A stretch of DNA of 64,000 bases, taken from Mobula hypostoma (taxonomy: Eukaryota). Positions 1 to 11,557 of this stretch are shown here, piece by piece. The notes beneath the pieces are model-generated. The model made no database searches, was not told the origin of the DNA, and saw nothing but the letters and a program-made list of their open reading frames with translations. Position 1 is the stretch's first letter, and each line of letters starts with the position of its first letter. A program made the position numbers and the translations under genes. The stretch lies in assembly GCF_963921235.1 (NCBI RefSeq), contig NC_086122.1, forward strand, positions 32,860,001-32,924,000. Reading direction: 5' to 3'.

Positions 1-345
1 TCTGTCAACGACAGTGATGTCATCAGTGAATTTACAGGTAAGGGGTTCCCAATCTGGGGTCCACGGGCCCCCTTGCTTAACAGTATTGGTCCATGGCATG
101 AGAAGGTTGGGAACCACTGTTATGGCTGGTGTTTGAGCTTTGGCTAGCCACACAGTCATGGGTGTAGGGAGAGTAGAGCCGTGGGCTAAGCACACATCCC
201 TGAGGTGTGCCGGTGTTTTTTGTCAGCAAAGAGGAGGTGTTATTACCGACCTGCACAGACCGTGGTCTCCCAAGAAGAAAGATGAGGATCCGGTTGCAGG
301 GGGAGTTACAGAGGCTCAGGTTTTGAAGCTTGTTGATTAGTACTG
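1..345 (-). mobile_element. Rex-Babar-like LINE RT fragment interrupted by a hAT-type MITE (40-119)
   Basis: Minus frame reads [28 protein letters not shown], then after the MITE TCKFTDDITVVDR (degenerate KFADD). MITE has GGGGTTCCCAA...TTGGGAACCACTG termini. Confidence 0.75.
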
Positions 346-439
346 AGGTAGCCATACACCTTTAATTAGTTCCCTACAGCAGTTCAAATCCAGACTTTGA
401 CTGTGCGCAACAAAAACTGTTTTGCTGTTTCAATTGGAG

Positions 440-865
440 CCCCACCACCCTGCTGCTATCAGGAAGGAGGTACAGTAGCCTCAGGACTCTCACCACCAGG
501 TTCAGGAACAGTTATCACCCCTCAGCCATCAGCTCTTGAACTAAAGGGGATAACTTCTCTCAACTTCACTTGCCCCATCATTGCAACATTCCCACAACAA
601 ATGGGCTCACCTTCAAGGGCTCTTCATCTGATGTTCCTGATATTTATTGCTTATTTATTTATTATTATTATTTCTTCTTTTGTATTTGCACTGTTTGTTG
701 TCTTCTGCACTCTGGTTGAAGGCCTTAGTTGGGTGGACTTTCATTGATTCTGTTATGGTTATTATTCTATAGACTTATTGAGTATGCCCGCAAGAATATG
801 TATCTCAGGGTTGTATATAGTGACACATATATACTTTGATAATAAATTTATTTTGAACTTTACTA
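440..865 (+). mobile_element. Rex-Babar-like LINE 3' fragment
   Basis: Degenerate LLPSGRRYRSLRT-type coding end, followed by a 3' tail with aataaa...gaacttt. Confidence 0.65.
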
Positions 866-944
866 TAGTATCAAACCAGTGCACAACTACAGGAGACTAG
901 TTATGCCCTAGAACCTGTGATTCTTTTCTCTTTAGTCTGTCAAG

Positions 945-1415
945 AGTTTCAAAGTTCAAAGTATATATTGTCATCAAAATACATATATGTCATCATATGT
1001 AACCCCGAGATTCATTTTCCTGTGGGCATACTCAGCAAATCTATAGAATAGTACCTATAACAGGATCAATGAAAGATCAACTAGAGTGCAGAAGACAACA
1101 AACTGTGCAAATGCAAATATAAATAAATGGCAATAATTAACGAGAACATGAGATAATCAGATGAAAAGTCCTTAAAGTGAAATCATCGGTTGTGGGAAAC
1201 ATCTCAATGATGGGGCAAGTGAGTGTAATTATCCCCTTTTATTCAAGAGCCTGATGGTGGAGAGGTAGTAACTGTTCTTGAACCTGGTAGTTTGAGTCCT
1301 GAGGCTCCTGTTCCTTCTCCCTGATGGTAGTAGCGAGAAAGGAGCATGGCCTGGGCCTGGGTGGTGGAGATCTCTGATGATGGATGTTGCTTTCCTACAA
1401 CAGTATTTCATGTCT
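945..1415 (-). mobile_element. Rex-Babar-like LINE 3' fragment
   Basis: ORF 1229-1600: RKATSIIRDLHHPG...FSLLPSGRRNRSLRTQTTRFKNSYY. Confidence 0.7.
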
Positions 1416-1637
1416 AACTCCTTCAGCCACAGCATATGGTCTAGTTCTACACTCATGGTCCCATTCCTCTCTGTTTTAAAGCCCCCGATAGAGTCATAGA
1501 AGAGGACAGCACAGAAACAGGCCTTTTGGCCCATCTGGTCCATGCCAGACCGTTTAAACTGCCTACTCCCATCAACCTGCACCCTCCATATCCCCAACAT
1601 CCACGTACCTCAATTATTACTGCATAATCAAGTGAAG

Positions 1638-1943
1638 TGTTGGTGCGTGGCCAAGTGGTTAAGGTGTTTGTTTAGTGACCTGAAGGTTGCTAGTTCGAGC
1701 CTTGGCTGAGGCAGCATGTTGTGTCCTTGAGCAAGGCACTTAATCACACAGTGCTCTGCGATGACACGGGTGCCAAGCTGTATGGGTCTTAATGCCCTTC
1801 CCGTGGTCAACATCGGTGGCGTGGAGAGGGGAGACTTGCAGCATGGGCAGCTGCTGGTCTTCCATACAACCTTGCCCAGGCCTGTGCCCTGGAAATCTTC
1901 CAAGGTGCAAGTCCATGGTCTCATGAGGCTAACAGATGCCTAT
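1638..1943 (+). mobile_element. tRNA-derived SINE with CORE-like central domain and 13-bp TSD
   Basis: A box TGGCCAAGTGG, B box GTTCGAGCC, CORE-like GTGTCCTTGAGCAAGGCACTTAA; flanked by TAATCAAGTGAAG at 1625-1637 and 1944-1956. Confidence 0.8.
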
Positions 1944-2434
1944 TAATCAAGTGAAGGTGTTATCAAAGACACAGCTCGGGTTTTGACAGTAGAGGAACAG
2001 ATTTGAAAGGCGGTGATGGGAGTGCCTTAGGTGGATGAGTTCAAGTACCATGGTTTCAGTCTAGCTGAGAGGGTGATGGAATGAAGATAAACAGGTACGG
2101 AAACCGAGCTTGTAGCAAAAGTGAGGGTGATGCTGTTTCTTCTGTTTGCAAAACAACAGATCCCACGCCGTATGTAATGCTAATAAATCTGATTCTGAAA
2201 GAAAGTTAGATAAAATTAATTAAAAATGTTCCCATTTGGATCATAATCATCTATGGCTCATTTACCAAAAATGTTGCCACACTGAAAATAATGGAAGATA
2301 AAGTTTTAAATCTAGAATTCTTCTGCTCCATTGGCTTAATTCTGCTCTGATCGGTCTACTTACTAATTAAGGCATCAGAGAGACTAGATAACAGAAACAA
2401 CTTTAACCTGAATCCAATGGTTTCTCCTCTTCAG

Positions 2435-2736
2435 GCACCATCTGGTTTTCTAGAATGTCCCCTGTGCCTGGTGCGGCACCCGTTCGAGAACGTGCCCAAG
2501 ATTATGACGTGCCATCACCGCTCCTGCCTTGACTGTTTGCGCCAGTACCTGCGGATCGAGATTACGGAGAGCCGCGTGAACATTAGCTGCCCGGAGTGCT
2601 CAGAGCGGCTGAACCCGCACGATATTCGAATGATCCTGAACGACCAGGCACTGATGGAGAAGTACGAAGAGTTTATGCTACGCCGGTACTTGGCTTCAGA
2701 CCCTGACTGTCGATGGTGTCCGGCACCAGACTGCGG
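2435..2736 (+). CDS. RNF19B: RNF19B coding exon (RING1 and start of IBR); first coding exon visible in window
   Basis: Acceptor tttctcctcttcag|GCA and donor TGCGG|gtatgt. Encodes ECPLCLVRH...[30 protein letters not shown]...RWCPAPDCG, the RNF19 RING1-IBR sequence. Confidence 0.93.
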
Positions 2737-3944
2737 GTATGTAGAATCTTTTTTTTTAAAAGGAATCTTGTGATTTATTTACTTATTGAAGTACAGCACT
2801 GGATAGGCCCTTCGAGCGTCCTGCGAACTCCCACGCTACTGTGGGCCCATGGTTGCTGTTTAACTGACTGTACGATCTTCTTGCTCCAACTGCTCAACCA
2901 AAGTAGGTCCTGGATTTGGACTACAGCACGCCCAGAGTTTGTTAACCACAAAGCTCTTCTTTGCTACACCACTGCATAATTGTATTTGTCATTTCGAGTT
3001 CTTCCATCTCACGGTCACTGAGTGTAACGGCGATACAGTAAATTGCATGGTGGCTGAGCAATCTGTCGGTTGGGATTGAGGTGCAGTACCAGAATCGAGA
3101 CCGACAGCGATTCTGCGGGACTGCTGGCAGTCGGGGAAGGCAAAGGAGAGTCTAGGGCCGAATTTCCCGGTTCCTGCAGGACCTCAGGGTGGACCGGGCG
3201 GGTGGCATGCACGGACTTACCTGGCGGTTGAACTAAATGAGCAAGAGAATGAGTATCCTCAGAAACTGAATTTATCTTCCATGGGCTGTGCGGATGAGTA
3301 TAAAGCCTGTCAGACGAAATGCTGACTAAAACCATCAGGTTGATGGGAGAATGAGAACAGTGAGGGACATTGAAGGGTTGTCGTTACAGTTGATTCAATA
3401 ATTAACAGCACATTACAGGCCCTTCGGCCCACAGCTTTGTGCCGACCATGTAATCTAGGGCCAGGGCTTCTGAGCATTTTTTTATGCCATGAACCTACAG
3501 CATTAAGCAAGGGGTCTGTGGAACCCTGGGGTCAGGGGCAATAGATTGTGTTCCTTGTAGGTTTCCTCACTGGGGTCTGGTCAAACTGCCTCGAAAGAGT
3601 TTTTGAGAATGGAGGGTCCTATTGCTCTGTCTCATGTTAAAATTGGCCACATTGAGTGGTCCTGTGTAGGGTATCCTAGGACCTCACTGAAAGGCAAGAT
3701 CTCTGAGGATTGAGGAATTGATCATTATCTGAGCTACAGTAGGTACACAATGGAAGAGGTGGAGGCGTTACTCACGGCCGAAGAGTGAGGAGGAATTATT
3801 TGTTTATGCTCAACATAAACACAAGTACTTGAAGTTGGCTTTAGAGCAATGACATGGGAGGGAGCATAAGGAGAAGGATAGATGGCTCCAATTGAAGAAC
3901 TTGGTCAAAGGCTGCCGTATGTTCTTTGTCAGCAGTTGAACGCC

Positions 3945-4225
3945 CAGCCCAGTGGCACAGTGGTTAGCGTGAAGCATTACAACAACAACGATCAGCAGTT
4001 GGAGCTTAATTCCTGCCCCTGCCTGTAAGAGAACGTTTATACATTCTCCCTATCGCCATGTAGGTTTCCTCCCACATTCCAGAGATATACCGGTTAGGGT
4101 CAGAAGGTTGTGGGAGTGCTACATTGGCGCCGGAATCGTGATGACACTCACGGGCTGCCCCCAGCACATCCTCCGACTGCCGGTCGTTAGTGCAATGATA
4201 CATTTCACTGTGTGGTTTGAGACAT
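3945..4225 (+). mobile_element. tRNA-derived V-SINE-like copy
   Basis: GTGGCACAGTGGTTAGC head and V-domain-like ttctccc...ggtttcctcccacattcc core; similar copies recur across the window. Confidence 0.6.
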
Positions 4226-4524
4226 TACCACCCAGCTACACAATTTAGATTGGCTTTTTTTGAAAAGCTGTAGAAAGAGGTGTGTACAGAATTGTTTGAT
4301 AGTCTATATTTATTAAAATTGGATTAGGATGAATCATGAGAACTGGGTCATGAATCACAACTGGTGTTTACCTGAAGCTCGATTCACTTGTGTGTGAAAA
4401 CCCAATTGGTTCCTTGGGAAATTTTACTTTTCCCAGACACTGAACTGCCTAAATTTGAGTCATCTCTGTCTAAATTACATCCCACAAATATTTTATTACA
4501 AGGAATTGATGATTGGTTTCTTTC

Positions 4525-5065
4525 GGGGTGACACAGCAGCGTAGCAGTTAGTGCAATGCTTTTAGCAGCAGCTGAAACATTCAAAGATTCAGAAGTGCGT
4601 TTATTATCAATGAATGTAGAAGTTATACAACCTCGAGATTCGTCTGCTTGCAGGCAGCCGCAAAGCAAGGAGCCCGAAAGAACCCAATTATAAAAAATAA
4701 GACCAACCCCCTGTGCCCACAGAGAACGAGGAATAAAAAAACAAATCATGCAAACAACAGATGGGAGCAACAACAATGACATTTCGAACCAAATTGAGTC
4801 TTTGGATCAGGATTCAATTCCCGCCACTGCCTGTCAGGAATGTGCGTGTTCTTCCCGTGACCGTGTGGGTTTTCTCTGGGTGCTCCGGTCGCCCCCCCCC
4901 CCAGCACATTCCAAATACGTACGGGTCAGGGTTTGTGAGCTGAGGGCGTGTTATGTTGCCACTGGAAACGGGACGACACTTGCAGACTGTCTCAGCACAC
5001 CCTCAGTGCATGTGCCACGTTTCACTCCGTGCTTTGGTGTTTTAATGCAAAGCTAATCTTATCTC
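4525..5065 (+). mobile_element. V-SINE-like copy split by an inverted LINE 3' fragment (~4580-4800)
   Basis: Head at 4525-4578; the body resumes gattcaattcccgcc...gtgggttttctctgggtgctccgg at ~4811. Confidence 0.6.
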
Positions 5066-5539
5066 TCTGTAGGCAGCTACACCAGTTCAGACTGAATAGA
5101 TCTCAGGTACACTGCTCTTGATATTAAATCACACAGTTTTAAAAATATCGTCAGCAACACACATCACACCAATTCAGTATTTAAATAGTTAAAACTATTA
5201 AGTACACACTTGAATTATCCAGATTAAGTGTTACACATTTGTGTTTTGATTACAGTTGATAAAATCAGGCCCAGAATATCCATGCACGGTGATTGAATGA
5301 ACTAAGTTTAGTTTGTATATGTGTTTATTTATAAGATAATTACTAAACGTTCCCTTGGTGAGGATGAAAGATAAAATCCAGAAAGGTACCAGAGAGTAAA
5401 TGGTGTGAAGAAGCACTGTAGATCAGAACACCCTTTCAAGCTGGGTTACCCTAGGAAAAGATGCGTGCAGGATATGTGTCACTAAACACCTGGCAAACTA
5501 CATTCTGCACCTTGTGTCTACCTCGAAGTTGATTTTAAA

Positions 5540-6060
5540 TACAGTTAATTGGACCATAGGTTAAATAGGGCAGCCGCTTATTTGGGACAACGCTTAAAGA
5601 ACAAAAGCTAATCGGGAAGGTAGCCGGGATTCCCTCTGTTTATTTGGGACATGATGCTGCTCAATAGGGATGGGAGACTGTAGCTGGGCAGTCAACTGGC
5701 ATCAGTCGTGTGCACTTGTGTGGCCACTAGACACCACACCGTGCTTAGAGCAAAGTTTTTAAATAGCCTCAGTTGCATGTGTTTGCGTTCACAAGGCAGT
5801 GTTTTTTTTGTCACTGATAGTTGGCAAGAAATAAGCAGTAAGACAATTCAGAATTGCTTTGCTCACTGTGGTTTCAAGCATTCAGGCTTGGCAATGCCAG
5901 TAACAGTTAAGAGTGGAAATAAAATGATTTCACTACTTCAACAAGTTCGGAACTATGAGGAATTTGAAGGTATCAGCAATGATGTTGAATCTTACAATGA
6001 AAATGAAGATTTGGAGGATGCAATCCTCGATAGCTGTGTATGGATGCAGTCCGATAACTC
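5540..6060 (+). mobile_element. Tigger/pogo DNA transposon remnant
   Basis: TA-CAGT start; ORF 5708-6112 contains DSWQEISSKTIQNCFAHCGF, the C-terminal motif of pogo-type DDE transposases. Confidence 0.65.
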
Positions 6061-6159
6061 CCTTGGGGGAGAAGACTGTCGCATTGTCTGCAAGGTTTTG
6101 TTCGGCAAGTAGGACATTGTCAGGTTGTTGCTGAATTTGTCCGTTGTAGATCGCTGTGA

Positions 6160-7510
6160 AAGTTCTGCGGTAGTGTAGCAGCGCGAGGCTGTTACAGCGC
6201 AGGGTGTCGGAGTTTAATTCTAATGTCGTCTGTACGTACTCGCTGTGGAATGTGCGCGTTTCCTCCACATGCTCCAGTTTTCTCTCTCGGCCCAAAGGTG
6301 TACCCGTGGGTAGGTTGATTGTAAGTTGTCCTGTGATGAGGCGAAGGTTAAATTGGGGGTTGTTGGGTGTCACAGCTCAAAGTGCTGAAGGGCCTTTTCC
6401 ATGCTGTGTCTCGATAAATAAATAAAATAAAAATTTCACTGAACCGGAAACGTTTTTCTTTAAACTGGGAGTTTTCTGCGTAATATTCCTACTGATTGGT
6501 CAGCTTTTCAAAACTGGAGATTGTTGACTGAATTAAGTTCCACCCCTGCCAAGGAGGGACTCGAGTGGTTTGCTGAGGCATCTGCTGTAACCACCATAAC
6601 GTCTGTGCAGACAGTGTGGGCTGTGCAGAGTACAGGGGTCTCCAGACGGGCCAAGTGAATGGGCAAGGTTCTGGGAGGGGTATTTATTTATTTAGAGATG
6701 CAGCATGGAATTGGCCCTTCCGGCCCTTTGAGCCGTGCTGCCCCCGACAACCCCCGACAGCCCCCGATTTAACCCGAACATAATCACGGGACAATTTACA
6801 ACGATCAACTAGCCCGCCCTGTCCGTTTCCGGACTGTGGCCGGAAACCGGAGCACCCGTTCCATGGGGAGGGCGTACAGACTCCTCACAGAGGATGCTGG
6901 GATTGAACTCTGAACTCCGACACCCCGAGCTGTGACGGCGGCACGCTAACCGCTACGTTACCGTGGCGTCCTAGAATCTAAGCACTTGTGCAGAGAGAAC
7001 GATAGAAATGTGGGGCAGTTTTAAACGGTGAGCGTTGAAATGTAGTTCAGTGGCTTTTGGCTGTCATTATGTGCAATTCACTGAACCTTGACATGTGGGT
7101 GCACCAGGCAGTTGGGAAGGGAGGCTGGCTGTGACTACAAAGAGAATTTGAGAACAACCATAGAACCATGATGAATGTAGAGTATTGTGTTCAGATCCAA
7201 TCTCCCCATCGAAGGAAGAAAATTTACTTACTGATGCCACACAGGGTAGACCCCGCTGGCGCACCAACTCCTGACAACCATGATTTAACCCTAGACTAAT
7301 CACGGGACAATTTACAATGACTATTTAACCTACTAACTGGTACATCTTTGGACTGTGAGAGAAAACCAGAGAACCCGGAGAAAACGCACATATTCCATGG
7401 TGAGGATGTAGACTCCTTACAGGTGACATTGGAATTGAAGTCCGAGCTCTGAACTCGACGGTCCAAGCCGTAACAGTGGCTCGCTAACTGCTACCCTACC
7501 GCGGCACGCC
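6160..7510. mobile_element. Cluster of three V-SINE-like copies (6160-6430 +, 6680-6970 -, 7230-7510 -)
   Basis: Shared tRNA head and acgggacaatttaca...cctact/ggactgtg core; AAAT tails. Confidence 0.65.
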
Positions 7511-7599
7511 AGCGTAGGTCTGTAGGTGTCAAAAAACTAAGAAGAGGCCTGTTCCAGATTGACTGCATCTTGGGTGAAATAAATTGCTGTGTTTTCCAG

Positions 7600-7805
7600 G
7601 TATGCTGTGATCGCTTATGGATGTGCCTGCTGTCCAAAGATCTCCTGTGGCCGGGATGGCTGTGGCACTGAGTTCTGTTACCACTGCAAACAACTCTGGC
7701 ACCCAAATCAGACCTGTGACAGCGCTCGTCAGCAGCGAGCTCAAAGTCTGCAGATTCGAGCAAAGCAAACAACAGTGCTGAACTACGGCCAGGAAGCGGG
7801 CAGTG
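7600..7805 (+). CDS. RNF19B: RNF19B coding exon (IBR domain)
   Basis: ttttccag|G ... G|gtatgt. Encodes [50 protein letters not shown]; phase matches neighbouring exons. Confidence 0.95.
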
Positions 7806-7989
7806 GTATGTGTGAGAGTGTTTCTGCACTTTAATGTGCCAGTCAACGAACTTCCATACCGTTGTCCATGTTTCTGCGTTTTGATAAACTGAGGTGCATC
7901 AACATGAAAAGCATTGTTTTTTTAATGATCTGTTTTCATATCGTTCCCTCGTTCCCAGTATATGGGCATTGGCTGACTTGTCAGTTTCC

Positions 7990-8500
7990 AATCAAAGTTC
8001 AAAGTTAATTTATTATCAAAGTACATACACATCACCGTATACGACCCTGAGGTTCATTGTCTTGTGGGCATTTGCAGTAAGTACAAGAAAAACAATAGAA
8101 TCAATGTATGGCCCCACCCAACAGGACAGTCAAACAGCCAATGTGCAAACACCAATAAACTTGTGCAAATATGAAAAAAAGGGCAATAAATATCGAGAAC
8201 ATGAGATGAAGGGTCCTCGAAAGTGAGTCCACAGGTCGTGGGATCAGTTCAGTGTTGGGGTGAGTGACGTTATCCCCAGTGGTTTCAGAGCCTGATGGTT
8301 GAGGGGTAATAACTGTTCCTGAACCTGGTGGTGTGAGTCCTGAGGCTCCTGTACCTCCTTCCTGATGGCAGCAGTGAGATGAGAGCTTGACCTGGGTGAT
8401 GGGGGGTCCCTGATAATGGATGCTGCTTTCCTGCGAGACAGGATTTCATGTAGATGTGCTCAATGGTGGGGAGAGTTTTACCTGTGATGGACTTGGGCAT
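7990..8500 (-). mobile_element. Rex-Babar-like LINE 3' fragment
   Basis: ORF 8285-8500: ITGKTLPTIEHIY...LLPSGRRYRSLRTHTTRFRNSYYPSTIRL. Confidence 0.75.
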
Positions 8501-8673
8501 TGGTGTTATGCCTACCTACTGTTACATCACCAGGAACACAGTCCTAGTGTCCATTTTGAAACTCAGCACACGAATTGTATAATAACGCCCGTGTTTCATA
8601 TTTTTTAATCTTTAAGTTGATTTGCTTACGAGTCCAAGCACAAGTGTTAATTTCTACGAAACCTATTAATCAG

Positions 8674-8818
8674 GTGATGAAATCAAGCCGTGCCCACGCT
8701 GTGAGGCCTACATCATCAAGATGAACGATGGAAGCTGCAATCACATGACGTGCGCTGTGTGCGGCTGTGAGTTCTGCTGGTTGTGTATGAAGGAGATCTC
8801 TGACCTGCACTATCTCAG
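8674..8818 (+). CDS. RNF19B: RNF19B coding exon (RING2/Rcat with catalytic Cys in DGSCNHMTC)
   Basis: taatcag|GT ... CTCAG|gtagga. Encodes [48 protein letters not shown]. Absent from the ORF track; translated by hand. Confidence 0.95.
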
Positions 8819-9436
8819 GTAGGAGTCAGTCAGGATTGCTTAAAGTTGTGTTGAAGTGTTGAGAAGGTGATTTTTTTTTACCTCCGAGCAGTTTCAGTTA
8901 TTCGGAATGTTTGCTGTGACGTCAAACAGACCCTGCACTTCCTCCAGAGGCTTCCGATCCAGCAGCGTTCTTGTTAATCAGTTCTTCCTGAAATGTGTTT
9001 CCCAGTGTTGGACATGGGTACAAACCAGATCCCTGGCTTCACTGACAAAATAATTTTTTACTCCATTTTGGCACCAGAGTTCTGTAGGAAGCCGCGGATG
9101 GGGTGGGAGAGTGGTCCACTCTTCGGAAGGTGAGCTTCAAGAGGCAGAACACTGAAATCCCCAGCACTGCTGCACCTAACAGGACGGACAACCTTTCTAC
9201 GTCCTCGCTAGAGACACTGACTTGTATGATAGTTGTGTTCTGGAAGCATGGGGAATAAAAATTAACTGTTGGTCAATTGGCAGAGATAATGTCAGTAATC
9301 TCACGATTGAATTTGATGTTCTGAGTGGGGCAGTTCCTTAGGGGGGAGAAAAAGTCACAGGCATGAAACATCATTTCTCTCTGCACAGTTGCCGCCTCCC
9401 CGCCCAAGCATCTTGTTTTGCACGTTTAGCATGTCA

Positions 9437-9848
9437 ATTCGGGTGGTGGGGTGGAGATACGTCTCTACCAAAGGAGGTGTAAAGGACTCCTTCCCTGCAC
9501 CAGCCTGCAGGTCACCCTTGGGCAAGGCGTGGCACCTGCTTAGCCCCCGATCGGGGTCATGTGAAGTCATGGGAGCAGGTGGTGGATGGTCGTCTGAGCA
9601 GTTGGTGGACATCACAATCCTGGTTATGTGACCACTGACGCCAGGCAGACAATCTCTGAAGAGTATTGATAATGGCTGGGGTCACCCCTCTTGTAAAGAC
9701 GCTGCCCAGAGGAAGGGAATGCCAAACCACTTCTGTAGAAAAATTTGCCAAGAACAATCATGGTCATGGAAAGACCATGATCGCCCTCGTCATGCAACAT
9801 GGCGCATAATGATGATGTCATACGACACGGTGCATAATGACCATGATG
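9437..9848 (+). mobile_element. Non-autonomous RTE-type retroelement with 9-bp TSD
   Basis: Flanked by AGCATGTCA (9428-9436, 9849-9857); ends in ATGATG repeats; no ORF. Confidence 0.65.
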
Positions 9849-10184
9849 AGCATGTCAGTCGGGTCAGCCATTTTCCAAAGAGTGGAGCACAGGACATCTG
9901 GACAAATGGACATTATGACCATAGCTTGCTCAGGCTTCACCAACCTGACAATTCTGCAGTGTTTTGGGGGGTGGGAGGTGAGGGACAGGGGCTTAAACTT
10001 TTTCACACTCTCGATCCAGAATGCTAACTTGTTTTTGGAAATCCATTTCTGTTTTTGACTGAGTCTCCAATGGCAGCAGGCCCCTTTTGTTTCTAGAGAG
10101 AGAGTGGGGAGGCCTTTGCCGGTGTGGTTGTGGGGAGGCTTTTGGCAGCACTGGATCAGCAGACAGACACTGAGACACGGAATT

Positions 10185-10720
10185 GGAGTGCATTCACTCG
10201 GTGATTCAGAGGGAATGTCACCAAAGGTGCTCGCAAATTTGTACGGGTGGACCGTGGGGAGCATTCCAATGGGTTGCATCACCATCTGGCCCTGCACAGG
10301 ATCGAACTAAGCTGCAGAAAGTTGTGAACTCAGTCAGCTCCACCACTAGGTACCAGTCTCCCCAGCATCCCGGACATCTTCAAAGAGCAATGCCTCAAAA
10401 AGGCAGCATTTTTACCTCATTAAGGACCCCAGGACATGCCCTGTTCTCATTGCTACCATCAGGGAGGAGGTACAGGAGCCTGAAGACACACAACTCAGCG
10501 ATTCGGGAACAGCTTCTTCCCCTCTGTCGTCATGGGTTCATTGTCCATTCAGAAATCTGAACACTACCTCACTACTTTTTTTAAATCTTATTGCACTATG
10601 TATTTAACTTAACTCTTATTTATATATTTCCTGTAGTTTACAGTTTTTTATTATTACGTGTTGCTGCTGCATTACATATTTCATGCCGTAACCCGGTGAT
10701 ATTAGACCTGATTCTGACTG
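10185..10720 (+). mobile_element. Rex-Babar-like LINE 3' fragment
   Basis: AQDRTKLQKVVN...PGHALFSLLPSGRRYRSLKTH; ends in ctgattctga. Confidence 0.7.
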
Positions 10721-11557
10721 TGAAAGGGGCTCGGGCTGAGGTGGAATCCACGGCCTCCCTTCCTGCTGCTTCCACCTTTGGTGCTGTGGCCTTTCCCTGC
10801 CGAACCCCGTCTCGCAGCCACTGAGCAGGGAATCGTAACTAATCTGGAGCAATCGTTCATCACCCTTCGGTCCTCCGTGTCTGCTAAAGGATCTCAGAGC
10901 AAACAACGGCAAGGCCTCCAAATGGCGGAAAGGCGAGGTGGATGAAGTTGACGAGTTCAGCGTGGGTGTAGCGAGCAGCACCAAGGCAGTCTCTAATTTT
11001 GTTTTTCCTTTATTGGCTTGATGCAGCATCTTCTCACAATCTGTGAAAGTGACAGCAAACCGTCAGGACAGCTGAAAATGTCACTGGCTGCAGTCACTAC
11101 AGTTCTTCTGTGTCCAGGACAAAAAGTTCACCAAAAACTCCCTTCTGGGAAGCACTATAGGGCTATTAAAACTAAAACTTCACACCATCTTTAAAGTGTC
11201 TTCCCCCAATCAGTTGATCTAATTGGCCCTCTCCCCACCCCTCCCCCTTATCTATTATCTCAGGTGCTGCAATACACTATAAACACTTCAAACGTTTTAC
11301 AATGCTGTTTATTGTACATTGTAATGCATGCTGCTGTTTAAGCAGATTTTATTCTATATCCATACTTGTAACTTTATTTTGTAGTTCTTTATTCTTTCTA
11401 ATTGTTGAATGTTTTTGTTGCATGTCACACCAGCACACCACAGCAAATTTCTTATTGGAAAGCTGATGTATCTGCAATAAATTTGTTATTGAAGTCTCTC
11501 ACTAGAGGTGTCCTCAATCTTAAACCAATTCCCACTCTCCTCTTGTTCTCCATTCTT

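Noticed and set aside
1-43. Apparent upstream RNF19B exon ending in CAG|GTAAGG, phase-compatible with exon 2435
   Set aside because: The reverse complement translates TCKFTDDITVVDR, the KFADD motif continuing the Rex-Babar RT fragment at 120-345. The donor is a chance product of the MITE junction.
1638-1710. tRNA gene
   Set aside because: A and B boxes run straight into a SINE body within one TSD-flanked unit; no complete cloverleaf is evident.
3063-3108. Hairpin CTGTCGGT...ACCGACAG as a pre-miRNA
   Set aside because: Only an 8-bp perfect stem plus a short extension; too short and unsupported.
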